Shown: positions 33,701 through 53,470 of the stretch, one piece after another | Layout: every line of letters begins with the position of its first letter | How positions within the stretch are numbered: the stretch's first letter is position 1 | DNA from: Macrostomum lignano | Taxonomy: Eukaryota | Length of the DNA stretch: 64,000 bases | Assembly: GCA_002269645.1 (NCBI GenBank) | Contig: NIVC01000364.1 | Span: 434,001 to 498,000 of the forward strand | Direction of reading: 5' to 3' | Notes under the pieces: generated by a model | Database searches by the model: none | What the model was told of the DNA's origin: nothing | What the model saw: the letters and a program-made list of their open reading frames with translations, nothing else | Translations under genes and position numbers: made by a program

Positions 33701-36672
33701 ATATTTGTAGCTGAACCGAAAAATAATGAGATTAACATTTCGAATTACTTTAAAATACTGATGTTTACTTTTGAAAATAATTGGCTGACAGGGAAGTTTC
33801 ACATAAAAATATGGGTTTACAGAAAATGACTCAAGTTAGTCTCAGTTCAGTTGGAACTTAGATATTTCGATATTCCTGAACTGCTGATTATCCTGAAGGG
33901 TTTCTTGCTCTGAACTCCTTGGAGTATCTCTAACCCTGAACTCTCTGAACCGCCTGAAGTATCTCTTACCCTGAACTCCCTGAAGTATCTCTAACCCTGA
34001 ACTTCCTGAAGTATCTCTAACCCTGAACTCCTTGGAGTATCTTCAACCCTGAACTCCCTGAAGCATCTCGTACCCTGAACTCCCTGAACTGCCTGAAGTA
34101 TCTCTAACCCTGAACTCCCTGAAGTATTTCTAATCCTGAACTCCCTGAAGTATTTCTAACCCTGAACTCCCTGAAGTATTTCTAACCCTGAACTCCCTAA
34201 AGTATTTCTAACCCTGAACTCCCTGAAGTATCTCTAACCCTGAACTCCCGGAAGTATCTCTAACCCTGAACTTCCTGAAGTATCTCTAACCCTGAACTTC
34301 CTGAAGTATCTCTAACCCTGAACTCCCTGAAGTATCTCTAACCCTGAACTTCCTGAAGTATCTCTAACCCTGAACTTCCTGAAGTATCTCTAACCCTGAA
34401 CTCCCGGAAGTATCTCTAACCCTGAACTTCCTGAAGTATCTCTAACCCTGAACTTCCTGAAGTATCTCTAACCCTGAACTTCCTGAAGTATCTCTAACCC
34501 TGAACTTCCTGAAGTATCTCTAACCCTGAACTTCCTGAAGTATCTCTAACCCTGAACTCCCTGAAGTATCTCTAACCCTGAACTTCCTGAAGTATCTCTA
34601 ACCCTGAACTTCCTGAAGTATCTCTAACCCTGAACTCCCTGAAGTATCTCTAACCCTGAACCCCCTGAAGATTTTCCAAAAACATTTCCCATCACGATTT
34701 CCCAATGGCGTCAATTTTTGCTCGCAAGTCGCTACAAAGCATCCCGAAGGCTGTTAAAGCGGCTCTCGTCGCGGGCATCAGACCCGGCGCACTTCGGCAG
34801 AGGCTGGCAGCGGTGGCCGATGCGGCGACCGAGGCAGAGCAGCGAATATCAGCAGGTAGAGAGCCAGACAGACCAACACCAGAGCCGCTGCCCCAGCTGA
34901 CATCCAGGCCATTGTTAACTTGGCAGAGTTGCCGTCCTGTTCGCCAGGTGCACCGGAGAGGATCACGACACCGAACACGGCTACAGATACCAGCAGGGCC
35001 ACAGCTAGGAGCAGCAGAGCCGTGAGCAGGCGGGTCACTCCGCTAGATGAGGCCTCTTCCGGCTGCTGGCTCACTGACAGCAGCAGCACTTGATACTTAA
35101 ATAGTTTCTTCATTTCCGCCTTGTCCTGCCCTTATGGTCAGTTGTATTCTCCCGCGAAAAGTTAGAAAGTATAATTCAAAACCTTCCAAGTCCTGTCACT
35201 TTTATGTGGAGCTCTGGTTTGACTTGGGGGTGGGGCTCTCAACCCCTCCCTCCCTTCTCTTTCCCTTATCTCGCTAAATTGCACATAGCCTCGACTTTAA
35301 TAATATCGATTTTTGCTCTGCAATTCTTCTCGCTCGGGTTATTGCGCAACTCCTCGCTCTGCCCCTGTCTGCCCCCCCTCTGTGCCATCTCTCTCTTTCT
35401 CCTTAGTTCGATTTTTGCACCGAGTTTTCAAAAGTCACAGCGAGAGGGAAGGGTTCAGAACAGGTCAAGTCCGACATGCATAACTAGTTTTGTTGACACA
35501 CTGTGGATGAGAGGTTCATGAGCTTCATTTGTCACGAAATCTGTAGGCAAGTCAGAGTTAGGTTGGGGATGAAATCAGTGTGCAGCAGCGGCAGTGGCTT
35601 ACAGTGGTAAATTCCCGAAGGGGGAATTAAAAGAATTCGGTGACAGTCACGACTTGTTATAAATACATGAAAATAGAAAAATAAATCTGTTTATTTTCAT
35701 AGGCTAACATAGGCTTCAGGTTCTCGCAATGAGAAGTCTAGATATAATAAGAAGCCTGATGCTGTGGATTTCAGGCTCAGGTAATATGAAGTTCAGGCAA
35801 TATTAAGTTCAGGTAATATTAAGTTCAGGTAATAGGAAGTTCAGGTAATAAGAAGTTCAGGTAATAAGAAGTTCAGGTAATATGAATTTCAGGTAATATA
35901 AAGTTCAGGTAATATGAGGTTCAGGTAATATAAAGTTCAGATAATATGAAGTTCAGGCAATATAAAGTTTAGGTAATATTAAGTTCAGGTAATAAGAAGT
36001 TCAGGTAATAAAAAGTTCAGGTAATATGAGGTTCAGGTAATATAAAGTTCAGGTAATATTAAGTTCAGGTAATATTAAGTTCAGGTAATAAGAAGTTCAG
36101 GTAATAAGAAGTTCAGGTAATAAGAAGTTCAGGTAATAAGAAGTTCAGGTAATATGAATTTCAGGTAATATAAAGTTCAGGTAATATGAGGTTCAGGTAA
36201 TATAAAGTTCAGGTAATAAGAAGTTCAGGTAATAAAAAGTTCAGGTAATATGAGGTTCAGGTAATAAAAAGTTCAGGTAATATGAGGTTCAGGTAATATA
36301 AAGTTCAGGTAATATGAGCTTTAATAAGGTTCAGGTAAAGTATATCCCTCCCGAAAATCCCCTCAGCTCGGCAAGGAGCGGGCCGTCCTAGGCCGGCGCC
36401 GAGAGCAGATGAAACGACTCAGCCGCAGCCTCTCATCCGCCTACGAGACCAAGAAGAAGGAACTGTCCGAGAATGAGAACCATTCTCAGCTGAGCAACCT
36501 GGAGCGCAAGTGGCAGCATCACGAGCAGAACAATTTTGTCATGAACCAGTTTATCGCGTCGAAAACCGCTGAGTCCGACACCAGCCTGGTTTCCAGCAAG
36601 GTCCTGTCGCTGTCTCAGAATCTCAATAGTCGATTAATGCAGAATGCAGCTAAAGCCCAGACTCTGGCCTGA
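30726..36672 (+). CDS. IFT74: Intraflagellar transport protein 74; exons 30726-30836, 30923-31657, 32594-33154, 36367-36672; ~570 aa
   Basis: RPITQQGLGGLKTG...DKSYYIGLLRSKINEL, YNTLVDKLNT, NPVKQEAVRL, LLAQ|VKEDNQEIGTMERQ, KKELSENENHSQLSNLERKWQHHEQNNFVMNQFIASK. GT-AG, all phase 0. Confidence 0.95.
31640..32480 (+). repeat. 30-bp minisatellite made from the IFT74 exon 2/intron 2 junction, ~28 copies
   Basis: Unit GAGAGACTGCTGGCTCAG|GTGAGACTTTGA equals the last 18 nt of exon 2 plus the first 12 nt of intron 2. Confidence 0.95.
33930..34670. repeat. 26-bp minisatellite in IFT74 intron 3
   Basis: CCCTGAACTTCCTGAAGTATCTCTAA repeated. Confidence 0.95.
34778..35113 (-). CDS. Candidate single-exon 111-aa protein with two TM segments, nested antisense in IFT74 intron 3
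   Basis: ATG-to-TGA ORF in a GC-rich island between two minisatellites. Hydrophobic segments LLTALLLLAVALLVSVAVFGVVILSG and LTMAWMSAGAAALVLVCLALYLLIFAAL. No homolog recognised. Confidence 0.5.
   Translation of the reverse strand: MKKLFKYQVLLLSVSQQPEEASSSGVTRLLTALLLLAVALLVSVAVFGVVILSGAPGEQDGNSAKLTMAWMSAGAAALVLVCLALYLLIFAALPRSPHRPPLPASAEVRRV
35770..36340. repeat. 15-bp minisatellite ending ~25 nt before the IFT74 exon 4 acceptor
   Basis: AAGTTCAGGTAATA[T/A] repeated ~37 times. Confidence 0.93.
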
Positions 36673-36899
36673 CGCTTCATATTTGACTTGATTCTAATAT
36701 CTTAATAGTCGTTTTTGGCTGCTTATCTTTGTCTTTATCTTTGGATAGCTTAGCTTTAGTTGGTCTGTTGCTTTGATTTGCTTCAAGCTTTTATATAGTT
36801 AAGGAAATATATTTTTAAAAAGAAAAATTACATGTACAAACAGTATACAGTACAGGAATTTCAGTGGTAGGGGAGCGCCAGAGGATTGGAAGCCATGGC

Positions 36900-37245
36900 T
36901 TTATGCTGATATGGGATAGTAGGGGTCAGAAGCCATAGACTACTGTATGCTACGGAGAGGGTCAGTAAGGGTCAGAAGCCAAAGACTATCCTACGGAGAG
37001 GGTCAGTAGGGGTCAAAAGCCATAGACTATACTACAGAGAAAGTCAGTACAGTAGGGGTCAGAAGCCATAGACTATGATACAGAGAAAATCAATATGTCA
37101 GAAGTCATAGACTATGTTATGGAGAGAGTCAGTAAGGGTCAGAAGCCATAGACTATGCAACGGCGAGAGTCAGTAGGGATCAGAAGCCATAGACTATGCT
37201 ACGGAGAGAGTCGGTAGGGGTCAGAAGCCATAGACTACTGCAATC
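36900..37245. repeat. Degenerate ~40-bp minisatellite, same family as 39183-40535
   Basis: GTCAGTAGGGGTCAGAAGCCATAGACTATG core. Confidence 0.85.
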
Positions 37246-37659
37246 TATGATCACACTTTTCCTGTTTCTTTCCGATATCGTTAAAATTGTTTCAACTCTT
37301 GCAATAAATTTATTACAAACTGCAAACATAATTGCATGGTCTGGCAATATCCTTATAACAAACTTTTTTGTTTTAAACCTTAACAAACATTATTGCAGAA
37401 AGCATCTCAGTTTAAATTCAAAGTCAGCAAATTTTTAATTCTCTGTATCTCAATTTTCAGTTTGTGATTTATGCAATACATGAAATATACAGAAGTAGAA
37501 TATTTGCAAACGCTTTTTTATAGACGCAAACGTGTTTATCACTTTAATAAATTGCTGAACCAATTAATGTTCAGATGTCTCTAGCAAGTATGCTTTGTGG
37601 CAGTGTCTAAAACAAAGAAACAAACTAACTAACTGACGGACTGACAAACTAATTAACTA

Positions 37660-37712
37660 AATAACTAAATATCTAACTAACTAACCAACTAACTAACTAA
37701 CTAACTAACTAG

Positions 37713-37770
<58 letters not shown>

Positions 37771-37771
37771 G

Positions 37772-37802
<31 letters not shown>

Positions 37803-38020
37803 GACTAACTAACTAACTAACTAACTGACTAACTAACTAACTAACTGACTAACTAACTAACTAACTAACTAGCTAACTAACTAACTAACTAACTAACTGA
37901 CTAACTAACTAACTAACTGACTAACTAACTAACTAACTAACTACATGTAACTTACTAACCAACTACAATAACTAACTAGCCAACTGACTAACTAACTAAC
38001 TAACTAACTAACTAGCTAAG
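37660..38020. repeat. (CTAA)n microsatellite
   Basis: Direct reading. Confidence 0.95.
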
Positions 38021-39182
38021 TAAATAAGTGACTGGTTCAATAAAAAGATACAATTCATTTATTTTTTTATTTGTGCCGTCTTCACTCTGTTTCTCTATCT
38101 TTAAATTTTTTACATTTTTTCACCACACTCCGCGCGCATCTTGTTACTCGTACAATAAATCCCTTATTCTCATTGGAACTGTCAACTGATAATGGCTAAT
38201 CCGTAAATCCTGCATCGATTTAAAATGAAATTCGATTCTCAACAATTCACCCACAGGTAATCCGATAGATAAGCCTATTGCAAAGCGGAACGCTAAGCTT
38301 GTTGAACGAACGAACAAAAAATTATTTAAAACAAGTCATTCTCTCAGCCCTTTTGTTTGTCTTGTGAAGCCCAGCCATGCAGGTGATATAATATCATTAT
38401 TATTACTGTTATTACCTGTTGAAATCAGCAATTTACACTGCCGCAAGCCGTCAGGTGAGGCGCGGGACCAGCGGCAGTTAATTAATGTTGAAGCAATTTC
38501 TATTTGAGTTGTTAAACAAGCAAACGTCAATAGCTCATCAGCGACTTCAGCAAAAGGCCTCGCGCCATTTTAGTGGCTCAAAAAATATGCAATTGCCGTT
38601 CATCCGCACGCAGTTAGCGTTTTTGAAGCTGCATTTAAAGTAATTGTGGTTATAGAATTTAACAAAGCATGACAGAGAATAACAATGGGAACCTTGGTTT
38701 GTCACTCTACCTAATAATTTGGGGCAATTCTGCCCATAATGCTGACAGCTGCTAACAAGCGCGCCAATACTGTACGCAGGCACGCACTCAGGCACAAGCT
38801 CACGCAGGGTGTACAGTCAGGCATGTACACTCTCTGTGCCTTGGGGGTCGGCCCTCATGGCTTTGAATCGCACGGTAACCCCCGGCCAATTTTTCATGCA
38901 CACGAGCCCCAAATGAGATGATGTAGTAGATTACAAATCTAGATTCACAGGAATCTGAAGCTAGAAAAGTAATTTTCAATGTTTGTTTCAACCGAAAAAA
39001 AATTAACGTTTTATTTTGCGAATTTGCGAATTCTAGGCTACAGATAAGAAGATAACACTAATAAATAATAAAACGTGTAAATAAAAACAATGCTCCAGTA
39101 TCATATTGGAGGCCTGCTGTGCTTGGTGCATGCTGCTTGTGCAATATAATGTTGACACTAACAGAGTTTTGCTAAAGGAGAA

Positions 39183-40535
39183 GTCAGTAGGGGTCAGAAG
39201 CCATAGACTATGATACGATAACGTCAGTAGGGGTCAGAAGCCATTGACTATGCTACGGAAAGGGTCAGAAGGGGTCAGAAGCCATAGACTATGCTACGGA
39301 AAGGGTCAGTAGGTGTCAGAAGCCATAGACTATGCTACGGAAAGGGTCAGTAGTGGTCAGAAGCCATAGACTATGCTACGGAAAGAGTCAGTAGGGGTCA
39401 GAAGCCATAGACTATGCTACGGAAAGGGTCAGTAGGTGTCAGAAGCCATAGACTATGCTACGGAAAGGGTCAGAAGGGGTCAGAAGCCATAGACTATGAT
39501 ACGGGAAAGTCAGTAAAGCTTAGAAGCCATAGACTATGATACGGGAATGTCAGTAGGGGTCAGAAGCCATAGACTATGATGCGGGAATGTCAGTAGGGGT
39601 CAGAAGCCATAGACTATGATGCGGGAATGTCAGTAGGGGTCAGAAGCCATAGACTATGATACGGGAATGTCAGTAGGGGTCAGAAGCCATAGACTATGAT
39701 GCGGGAATGTCAGTAGGGGTCAGAAGCCATAGACTATGATACGGGAATGTCAGTAGGGGTCAGAAGCCATAGACTATGATGCGGGAATGTCAGTAGGGGT
39801 CAGAAGCCATAGACTATAATACGGAAAAGTCAGTAGGGGTCAGAAGCCATAGACTCTGCTACGGAAAGGGTCAGAAGGAGTCAGAAGCTATAGACTATGC
39901 TACAGAGAATGTCATCAGTAAGGGGTCAGAAGCCATAGACTATGATGCGGGAATGTCAGTAGGGGTCAGAAGCCATAGACTATGATGCGGGAATGTCAGT
40001 AGGGGTCAGAAGCCATAGACTAAGCTACGGAAAGGGTCAGAAGGGGTCAGAAGCTATAGACTATGCTACAGAGAATGCCATCAGTAAGGGGTCAGAAGCC
40101 ATAGAAGCCATAGACTATGATACGGGAAAGTCAGTAGGGGTCAGAAGCCATGGACTATGATACGGGAAAGTCAGTAGGGGTCAGAAGCCATGGACTATGC
40201 TACGGGAAAGTCAGTAGGGGTCAGAAGCCATGGACTATGCTACGGGAAAGTCAGTAGGGGTCAGAAGCCATGGACTATGATACGGGAAAGTCAGTAGGGG
40301 TCAGAAGCCATGGACTATGATACGGGAAAGTCAGTAGGGGTCAGAAGCCATAGACTATGATACGGGAAAGTCAGTAGGGGTCAGAAGCCATGGACTATGA
40401 TACGGGAAAGTCAGTAGGGGTCAGAAGCCATGGACTATGATACGGGAAAGTCAGTAGGGGTCAGAAGCCATGGACTATGATACGGGAAAGTCAGTAGGGG
40501 TCAGAAGCCATGGACTATGCAACAGGAAAGTCAGA
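39183..40535. repeat. 40-bp minisatellite, ~33 copies
   Basis: GTCAGTAGGGGTCAGAAGCCATAGACTATGATACGGGAAA and variants. Confidence 0.95.
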
Positions 40536-40872
40536 AAGGGCCATTCGTACTCCTACACATCTACACTCTTACCCCCGCCTACGCGATCTTCTATTTTTAG
40601 GTGTGCCAAAGATGAGTGCCAGTGGCGCCAAACTGGGCTATCGGGTGCACTAAAATAGCGTCTGCTAGCTGTGCAAACATGAGAGCTAATAAAAGAAATC
40701 GTTGCGCTCGTACGAAAAGCCGTACAAATAGTTGGTTAATAACCACGGTAATGTCTGCTGCAGACTATGCTGGTGCGCTGCTAAATTCTACCATTGCGAT
40801 TAAAAAATCATTAGTTTCTTTATTTTTTTATTTATTTGGGAACACAAAAGTTGCTCAAATGTTTCAGAACTC

Positions 40873-49511
<8,639 letters not shown>

Positions 49512-49739
49512 TTCGACAGTTAAAAAACTGGATGAGGCAAAAAGCGCCGAGAGCTGACAGCAAGTGCACAGTTTTATGAGGAAATTTTTCATCCAATAAC
49601 GTCTGTTGAAAGGCTGCATCGTCACGTGATTCGGATCGAACTGGCTGTTGGCTCTCTTGGAAAATTCCCCTGCCAGTTGACAGGTCACTGCCGACATCAG
49701 ATACTCATTTTCTCTCGTTTGTAACCAAGCTATTCTCTC

Positions 49740-49832
49740 TACTAGACTGAGTACAGGCACTCTACTAGACTGAATACAGACACTCTACTAGACTGAGTAC
49801 AGGCACTCTACTAGACTGAGTAGACACTCTAC
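49740..49832. repeat. 23-bp tandem repeat, ~4 copies, upstream of the GPCR start
   Basis: CTCTACTAGACTGAGTACAGGCA. Confidence 0.85.
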
Positions 49833-50279
49833 TTTCATTTGTGCCCCAAAAAATAGGTCTGGTGGGTCATGTAACTTAAGCTTGTTTTCGAGCTCCCAAT
49901 CGGATCTAATTGCCGCATTAAAAATTCAAAGGATGCAAGGCCAACCATGCAATATTGCCATGCAGCGCACTTCTAATGTTTCTCAGACAAGCAAAATGAC
50001 TGCTCAGGTAAATCAGGCGGAAATCACGCAGAACGGCGCGCTCTGCCAGCACGCAACGAGCCATAGATGCACAAATGGGAGTAGATATAATATTCTTACC
50101 TGGCTACTTACAGTAGAGTATGTCAATGACGATCTTTTTAGGGAAGCAGAAAATCAAGCGCAAATTTTATTGGGAACACAAGGCCATAATTAAATTTTAT
50201 ACTAATCAGAGAGGATAAACTGACGAATGTAGGAAATAATCATAGTGATTCAAACACGAGTGAATGAGGAGATTCACAC

Positions 50280-51310
50280 ACTACGGAGTTTCACACACAA
50301 GGGAATTAGGAGATTCACACAAAAGGGAATTAGGAGATTCACACGAGAAAATCAGGAGATTTACACACAAGGGAATTAGGAATTAGGGAATTAAAAGAAG
50401 ATTCAAACATCAGGGAATTAAAAGAAGATTCACAAATCAGGGAATTAAAAGAAGATTCAAACACGAGGGAATTAAAAGAAGATTCACACACCTGGGAATT
50501 AAAAGAAGATTCACACACGAGGGAATTAAAGATTAACACACGAGGGAATTAAAAGAAGATTCACACACGAGGGAATTAAAGATTAACACACGAGGGAATT
50601 AAAAGAAGATTAACACACGAGGAAATTAAAAGAAGATTCACACACGAGGAAATTAAAAGAAGATTCACACACGAGGAAATTAAAAGAAGATTCACACACG
50701 AGGAAATTAAAAGAAGATTCACACACGAGGGAATTAAAAGAAGATTCACACATCAGGGAATTAAAAGAAGATTCACACACCTGGGAATTAAAAGAAGATT
50801 AACACACGAGGAAATTAAAAGAAGATTCAAACATCAGGGAATTAAAAGAAGATTCACACATCAGGGAATTAAAAGAAGATTCAAACATCAGGGAATTAAA
50901 AGAAGATTCACACATCAGGGAATTAAAAGAAGATTCACACACGAGGAAATTAAAAGAAGATTCACACACGAGGGAATTAAAAGAAGATTAACACACGAGG
51001 GAATTAAAAGAAGATTCACACACGAGGAAATTAAAAGAAGATTCACACACAAGGAAATTAAAAGAAGATTCACACACGAGGGAATTAAAAGAAGATTCAC
51101 ACATCAGGGAATTAAAAGAAGATTGACACACCTGGGAATTAAAAGAAGATTAACACACGAGGAAATTAAAAGAAGATTCAAACATCAGGGAATTAAAAGA
51201 AGATTCACACATCAGGGAATTAAAAGAAGATTCAAACATCAGGGAATTAAAAGAAGATTCACACATCAGGGAATTAAAAGAAGATTCACACACGAGGGAA
51301 TTAAAAGAAA
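50280..51310. repeat. 27-bp minisatellite
   Basis: GGGAATTAAAAGAAGATTCACACACGA and variants. Confidence 0.95.
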
Positions 51311-52509
51311 AAGGTTTTCATAAGAAGTTAATCGATTTATTTTTAGAGGACATTTAAGATCGTTTTAAGTTATGCTTTTATCGAATTAGGAAAGCAGAAA
51401 TAGCACTAAACCATGGTTGCTCCTTACCTTTCTAAGAATACATGTATAACAAGGAACACAATAGTTCAACCTTGACACCAAAGCTACAGCCTGGTAGGCC
51501 TTAATTATAAATAATAAGGTTTGATGGTCACGCTACATCAATCTGTTCATCCAAGCTAGGCTGCGACAGAGCACATCCGGCCACTAAGGAAACGCTTCGC
51601 CCCTAAACACAGCTTGCAGCTGCAGCAAGTAAGACTGAAAATAGAAGCTTGCCACAATTAGCAGCAATTTGCGCTTCGATTGACTTCAGCACACGCAGGC
51701 TGGCACATCCGCCAGTATAATCGATAAAGATCATTTATTCTTTTTTTCAATAATAGTCGCGTATAAATGTAGATCAATGCGCCTCTTGAACGGACGCTAT
51801 TTCAGCGCCAGAAATTGCAAAAGCAACAACAAACAACAAGGAAGCCAGACGGGGAAAAACAAGTGTGTACAAGTACAGGGCGAAAAAATATAATTTATGA
51901 AAAAATTCGATTTCTTAAAGTCGTGGGAAAATATAGAAAATAGTCATGGACTAAGACGGTAGGGAAAAATCAAGATGATTACAAAAATATAGCAAAAAAT
52001 AATGAGCGAATGCATCGAATCAATAATTAGTCAATGGACAGAACCCGCACTCATTAGGAGATGGCGAGCCTGCTAAGCATTTGAGCACACAATGCCTATA
52101 AATAAGCAATAAATATAATACTAAAAAAGCCAGCAAAATCAGGTGTAAAAAAAGCCATTTGAATCAGTGGAATAAATATTAATTAAATTCAATCAATTTG
52201 GCAGAACCAAAGCTCGGTTTGGATTCGAATAGTGTGTGCAGGGAAAAATCAGTGCTTTAAATACATACTGATTGGAATATAGAAATTGCCTGAATCAACT
52301 GGAAAGCTGATACAAAGTACTGTCTATATAAATAACAATAAATAACAGCTAAAAGTGCAAGCAGGACAGCAGTTAGCGCGAAAAGTTAAGCCACGGAAGT
52401 TTAAGAATTAGCATATTAGTAAAGAACGGTTCTTGATTGCGTATAAGACGTAGCAAAGCTACGATATGAGAACGAATCGTTAAAAACGTTTAACCAAATC
52501 TAACAGGGA

Positions 52510-53310
52510 TGGGGCAGGGGGTGGCATCTCACTGATGGGTCAAGGATGGGGTGGCATCTCACCGATGGGTCAAGGGTGGGGTAGGGGGTGACACCCCTCT
52601 GATGGATCAAGGATGGGATAGGGGGTGACACCCCTGTGATGGATCAAGGATGGGGTAGTGAGTGACACCACTCTAATGGATCAAGGATGGGGTAGTGAGT
52701 GACACCACTCTAATGGATCAAGGATGGGGTAGTGAGTGACACCACTCTAATGGATCAAGGATAGGTAGGTGGTGGCACCCTTCTGATGGATCAAGGATGG
52801 GGTAGTGAGTGACACCACTCTAATGGATCAAGGATGGGGTAGTGAGTGACACCACTCTAATGGATCAAGGATAGGTAGGTGGTGGCACCCTTCTGATGGA
52901 TCAAGGATGGGGTAGTGAGTGACACCACTCTAATGGATCAAGGATGGGGTAGTGAGTGACACCACTCTAATGGATCAAGGATAGGTAGGTGGTGGCACCC
53001 TTCTGATGGATCAAGGATGGGGTAGTGAGTGACACCACTCTAATGGATCAAGGATAGGTAGGTGGTGGCACCCTTCTGATGGATCAAGGATGGGGTAGTG
53101 AGTGACACCACTCTAATGGATCAAGGATAGGTAGGTGGTGGCACCCTTCTGATGGATCAAGGATGGGGTAGTGAGTGACACCACTCTAATGGATCAAGGA
53201 TAGGTAGGTGGTGGCACCCTTCTGATGGATCAAGGATGGGGTAGTGGGTGACACCTCTAATGGATCAAGGATGGGTAGGTGGTGGCACCCTTCTGATGGA
53301 TCAAGGATGG
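52510..53310. repeat. ~38-39-bp minisatellite with two alternating variants
   Basis: GATGGATCAAGGATGGGGTAGTGAGTGACACCACTCTA and ATGGATCAAGGATAGGTAGGTGGTGGCACCCTTCT. Confidence 0.93.
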
Positions 53311-53470
53311 CGTAGGGACTGACCTTCAATGACCTTCAATGAGTACAGACTTCGGACTCTAGCGCAATGAACAATGAAAATATAAAAACTAAAACTAGAA
53401 GTTACAAGCGCCTCACACTAGCCTGGTCACTGTGCAATGTTTTGAACAAAACCACAAACACTCGATTCAA

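Noticed and set aside
37660-38020. (CTAA)n / (TTAG)n as an interstitial telomere
   Set aside because: The unit is TTAG, not TTAGGG or TTAGG; treated as an ordinary tetranucleotide microsatellite.
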